Positions 58,403 through 64,000 of a DNA stretch of 64,000 bases are shown here, one piece after another (the stretch's first letter is position 1; each line of letters begins with the position of its first letter). The translations under genes were made by a program, and so were the position numbers. The notes under the pieces are model-generated. The model was not told the origin of the DNA. It was given only the letters and a program-made list of their open reading frames with translations, and did not search any database. This stretch comes from the human T2T-CHM13v2.0 reference genome, Homo sapiens. The stretch is from assembly GCF_009914755.1 (NCBI RefSeq), contig NC_060937.1, one strand, 5' to 3'.

Positions 58403-61400
58403 CTCCCGTTTCATTTCTAATTGAGCTTATTTGGATCTTCTCTCTTCTTTTCTTGGTTAATCTCACTAATGGTCTATCAGTTTGTTTGTCTTTTCAAAGA
58501 ACCAGCTTTTTGCTTCATTTATCTTTTGTATTTTTTTTGGTTGTTTCCATTTCATTTAGTTCTGCTCTGATCTTTGTTATTTCTTGCGTTCTGCTGGGTT
58601 TGGGTTTGGTTTGTTCTTGTTTTTTTAGTTCCTTTAGGTATAAGCTTAGATTATTTATTTTTGTTTTTTTACACTTTATGATGTAGGCTTTTAATGCTAG
58701 GAACTTTCCTCTTAGCATCACTTTTGCTGTACCTCAGAGGGTTTGATAAGTTGTGTCACTATTATTCAGTTCATAGAATTTTTAAATTTCCAACTTGATT
58801 TCCTTGTTGACCCAATTCTCATTCAGAAGCAAATTATTTAATTTCCATGTATTTGTATGGTTTTGAGAGTTCCTTTTGGAGTTGATTTCCAATTTTATTC
58901 CACTGTGTACTGAGAGAGTACTTGATATTATTTCAATTTTTTTATATTTATTGAGACTTGTTTTGTGAACTGTCATATGGTCTATCTTGGAGAATGTTCT
59001 CTGTTCATACTAGAATGTATATTCTGCAGTTTTTGGGTAGAATTTTCTGTAAGTATCGGCTCATTACATTTGTTCTAGAATATATTTTAAGTCCATGGTT
59101 TCTTTGCTGACTTTCTGTCTTGATCTGTCTAGTGTTGACAGTGGAGTATTGAAGTCCCCTAATATTATTGTGTTGCTGTCTGTCTCATTTCTTAGGTCTA
59201 GTAGCATTAGCTTTATAAATTTGGGAGCTCCAGTAGGTGCATATATATTTAGAATTTTGATATTTTCCTGTTTGTGTAGTCCTCTTATCATTATATAATG
59301 TTCCTCTTTGTCTTTTGTAACTGTTGTTGCTTAAAAGTCCATTTTGTCTGATATCTAAATAGCTAATCCTGCTGGCTTTTGGTGTCCATTTGCATGGAAT
59401 ACCTTTTTCACCCCTTTATCTTAAGTTATTGTGAGTTCTTATGTGTTAGATGAGTCACTTAAAGACACCAGATACAGGGTTGGCGAATTCTTATCCTTTC
59501 TGACATTCTGTATCTTTTAAGTGTAGTATTCCGGCCATTTACATTCAACATTAGTATTGAGATGTGAGCTACTAGTAATTCTATTTATCATGTTAGTTGT
59601 TGCCTGAATACCTTGTATGTGTTTTTGTTTTATTTGTTGTGTTATTGTTTTATAGGCCCTGTGAGATTTATGCTTTAAGGGGGTTCTATTTTGGTGTATT
59701 TTGAGGTTTTATTTTAAGATTTGAAACTCTTTTTAGCAGTTTTTATAGTGCTGTCTTGGTAGTGGTAAATTCTCTCAGCATTAATTTGTCTGAAAAAGAT
59801 TGTATCTTTCCTTTATTTATGAAACTTAGTTTTGCTACATACGAAATTCTTGGCTAATAATTGTTTTGTTTAAGGAAGCTAAAGATAGGACTCCAATCTC
59901 TTCTAGCTTGTAGGGTTTGAGAAATCTGCTGTTAATCTGATAGGTTTTCCTTTATAGGTTACCTGATGCTTTTGCCTCACAGCTCACAGCTCTTAAGCTC
60001 ACAGTTTAAGAGCCTCATAGCTCTTAAGGTTCTTTCCTTCATCTTGCCTTTAGATAACATGATGACTACCTGCCTAGGTGATGATCCTTTTGTGGTTAAA
60101 TTCCCTGGGTGTTCTTTGTGCTTCTTATGTTTGAATGTCTAGTTCTCTAGCAAGGCATGGAAATGTTCTTTGATTATTTTATACAATAAGTTTTCCAAAC
60201 TTTTAGATTTATCTTCTACCCCAAGAACACTAATTGTTTTTGGGTTTGGTCATTTAACATAATTCCAAACTTCTTGGAGGCTTTTTTCATTTTTTAAATT
60301 CTTTTTCCTTTGTCTTTGTTGGATTGGGTTAATTTAAAAGCCTTGTCTTTGAGCTCTGAAGTTCTTTCTTCTACTTGTCTGATTGTATTGTTGAAACTTT
60401 CCAGTGTACTTTGCATTTCTCTAAGTGTGTCTTTCATTTCCAGAAGTTGTGATTGTTTCTCTGGAGATTTTTTGTCCATATCCTGTTTTGTTTTGTTTTT
60501 TTTAATTTATTTAAGTTGTTTTTCACCTTTCTCTGGTGCCTCTTTGAGTAGCTTAATAATTGACCTTCTGAATTCTTTTTCTGGCAATTCAGAGATTTCC
60601 TCTTGGTTTGGATCTATTGCTGGTGAACTATTGTGATCTTGGGGGTGTTAAATAATCTTGTTTTCTCATATCACCAGAATTGTTTTTCTAGTTTCTTCTC
60701 AATTGGATAGATTATGTCAGAGGGAAGATCTGGGGTTCAATGGCTGCTGTTCAGATTGTCTCATGGGATACCCGCTTAATGTGGTGCTCTCTCCCTACCC
60801 ATAGGGATGGGGGCTTCCTGAGAGCTAGACTGCAGTGATTCTTATTGCTCTCCAGTCTAGCCACCCAGCAGAGCTAGCAGGCTCTGGGCTAGTACTGGGG
60901 AGTGTCTGCAAAGAGTCCTGTGTTGTGAATCTGTCTTCAGGTCTCTCAGCCAGGGATACCAGCACCTATTCTGGTGAAGGTGGCAGGGGATTGAAGTGGA
61001 CTCTGTGAGGGTCTTTGGTTGTAGTTTTGTTTAGCGTACTGGTTTTCTTGAATGCTAATTGTACTAGCAGTAAAGTTGTCATGTGAACAGACTCAGAACC
61101 TCTGGTTAGCCAGGATGTCACAGGTGGCGGAATTAGCTGGTATTTTCTCCTTTCTTGAAGCAGGGTTGTTCTCTTATGAGTTGCTGTAATGGCTTAAGTT
61201 GGTTGGCCTCCAGCCAGGAGGTGGTGCTTTAAAGAGAGTATCAGTTGTGGTAGTATAGGGGTGATACAAGCTTACCCTAAGGTCACTTGGATAAGTATTC
61301 GGTTTTCTCAGGTGATGGTTGGGGCCACAGAGCTCCCAAGAGATTAAGTGTTTTTTCTTTGGCTACCAAGATGGGTAAAGAAAGACCAGCAGGCAGGGAC

Positions 61401-63846
61401 AAGATTATGCATGTCTGAGCTCAGACTCTTCTTGGGCAAGACTTGTTGTGGCTGCTGTGCAGGATGAAGGTGAGGTTCTCAGGCCAATGGAGTTATGTTC
61501 CCAGGGGGGTTATGGATGCTGCTTCTGTGTCATACAGGGTGCCAGGGAAGTGAGGAAAAGCTGGCAGTGACAGGCTTCACCCAACTCCCACACAGCCACC
61601 AAGGCCAGTCTCACTCCCACCACGCCCCACCAACAGCACCAAATTTATATTCAGGAAGACTGTGAGCTGGGCTGAGATCTTGCCTCAGGCTACAAGCTTC
61701 CCTGATGAGAAAGTAAGCAAGGCTTTCAGGCCTTGCCCCTCCTCACCTGCCTCAGCTTCTGTGCTCATATCTGCACCTCTCGTTTGCCTCCCCTTACCCC
61801 CAGATTCTGCCCAGGAAAATTTGTGCTTGATCAAAATTATTGCAAATCTCAGCTGGAAGTTTCTTTCTCCCTGCGGTCTTTTCCCAATTCTGATGGCAGC
61901 CCTCCCCAAGGACCACTATGAGATAAAATAGTTTCCTTGGGGACTGGAAGTGCCTATGAGGCTCTTTTTGCTGCTTCTTTTACTTTTATATTTTGCTCAG
62001 CCCTCTAAATTCATTTCAGCTCTAAGTAAGGTTAACTCCTTTTCTGTGACATGGATTTTCAGGTTCCTCAGTGAGGATGTATGTTCAGAGGAGGACATGC
62101 CTCCTCTCACACTTTGGGCGCTCACAGATTATTGGCTATCTCACCGAGTTTGCAGTGGCAAACCGTTCTTTCAAAGGCTCTGTGAATTCTTTTCTTTTTC
62201 TTGGTATGTTTCTGTGGTAGTTCTTGGAGCAAAAGTTCATAATGTGTCTCTACATGCCATTTTTTCCAACCAAGTGGGAGCTGCAAATTAGTCCTGCCTT
62301 TTATCTGCCATTTTTCCCCTCAATTCCTAAATCCATGTATTTATAGCCAAATAATTTTTAACAAATCTGTCAAGAACATACATTGCTCAAAGGACATCCT
62401 CTTCAAAAATAGTGCTGGGAAAATTAGATATCCATATGCAGAAGAGTGAAACTAGTCACCTCTCCCAATATATGAAAATCAGCTCAAAATGGATAAAAAA
62501 ATTAAACAAGAGACCTAGACCTTCTACTAGAAGAAAAGATAAGGAAAACACTTCAGGACAAGGTAAAGATTTTATGGCTAAGTCTTCAAAAGCACAGGCA
62601 ACAAAAATAGGAATATACAAACGAGACAATAGTAAACTAAAACATTTCTGCACAACATAGAAAACAATCAACAAAGTGAAGAGACAACCTGTTGAATGTG
62701 AAAAAATATTTGCAAACTACTCATTTGTCTGACAAGAAACTAATATCCAGAATATACAAAGAACTCATACAACTCAGCAACAATAGAAATTCAAGTGATT
62801 CTATTAGAAAGTGGGCAAATGGTCTGAATAGATTTCTCAAAAGATGACATACAGATTACCAAGAGGTATATTTAAAAATGGTCAATAGCACTAATCATCA
62901 GGTAAATACAAATCAAAACCAAAATGAGATACCGTCTCACCCCAATTAAAATATCTATCATCCAAAGGACACAAAAAAATAGAACTACCATACAATTCAG
63001 CAATGTCACTATGAAGTACTTATCTGAAAAAAAAAAAAAAAAAGGATTCAGTATATCAAAGGGATACCAATACCCTTATGTTTATTGCAGCACTATTCAC
63101 AATAGCCAAAATATGGATGCAGTGCAAATGTCCATCCATGGATGAATAAATGAAAAACATGGTATATCTACACAATGAAACACTATTTACCCATAAAAAT
63201 GATTCTGTCATTTGCAGCAACATGGATGGAACTGGAAGTCATCAAGTGAAATAAGTCAGGCACAGAAAAATAAATGCTGCAATGTCTCACTCATATGCAA
63301 GAGCTAAAAGAGTTAATCTCATGAAGGAGAAAGATAATCATCAGAATCTGAAAAAGGAGGTAGGGGATGAAAAGAGGTTGATTGAAAACAGATAGTTAAG
63401 TAGAAAGAGTAGGTTCCAGTGTTTGGTATCACATTAGAGTGACTATAGTCACAAAAATTGATTGTATATTTCAAAATAGTTAGAATAAAAAATCTGAAAT
63501 GTTCCCAACGCAGAAAATGTTCAGTGTTAGAAGAGATGGATATCCTACATACCATGACTTGATAATTATATATTGTATGCATGTATCAAAATATCAAATC
63601 TATAATTATCTATCAATAAAATAATTTTAGAAAGGAAGAAAAATGCAAAAAATATAAGGCTCATGTACTACTACAAGTTAGCTTCCTCACAATCAAAATA
63701 AATCACGTTATATATTATTCACTAACCTTATGTAATATTAGATTAAATGTGGGCATTAAGGTTACTGTAGTCCTATTAGAATATGGTCATTAAGCATCTT
63801 TATGGTCAAACTGTGAAGCAAAGTCATTTATTTATTCCCCTCTTCC

Positions 63847-63967
63847 ATATATATATATGTATATATATATGTATATATATATATGTATATATGTATATAT
63901 GTGTATATATGTATATATATGTGTATATATGTATATATATGTGTGTATATATGTGTATATGTATATA
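63847..63967. repeat. Interrupted (TA)n/(TATATG)n array
   Basis: Directly visible. Confidence 0.95.
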
Positions 63968-64000
63968 AACTTTATATACTAATTAATAAAACAAATAGGA

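Overview
This window is AT-rich primate (most likely human) non-coding DNA, either intergenic or deep intronic, and dominated by transposon fossils. It holds about 14 Alu/FLAM elements, several L1 copies (L1PA, L1PB, L1M), ERV1/ERVL/MaLR LTRs, MIR, L2, the DNA-transposon MITEs MER2, MER8 and MER53, and microsatellites. I recognise no host protein-coding exon, RNA gene or CpG island. Every ORF I can interpret derives from L1, Alu or simple repeats. I see no support for a new biological system. The real structure lies in the scars of retrotransposition: (1) an L1PA 3' transduction carrying a ~115-bp donor tag (28.8-29.2 kb); (2) a 3'-truncated, almost tailless Alu that still has a 17-bp TSD (18.1-18.3 kb); (3) two 5'-inverted (twin-primed) L1s; (4) a degraded two-LTR ERV1 provirus with four nested insertions (16.0-20.5 kb); (5) a nested stack of near-full-length L1MA > antisense near-full-length L1PB > tandem Alu pair (50.8-63.6 kb); and (6) small templated duplications inside L1s. 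Subfamily names come from remembered consensus sequences and need RepeatMasker/Dfam confirmation. Boundaries of old elements are approximate.
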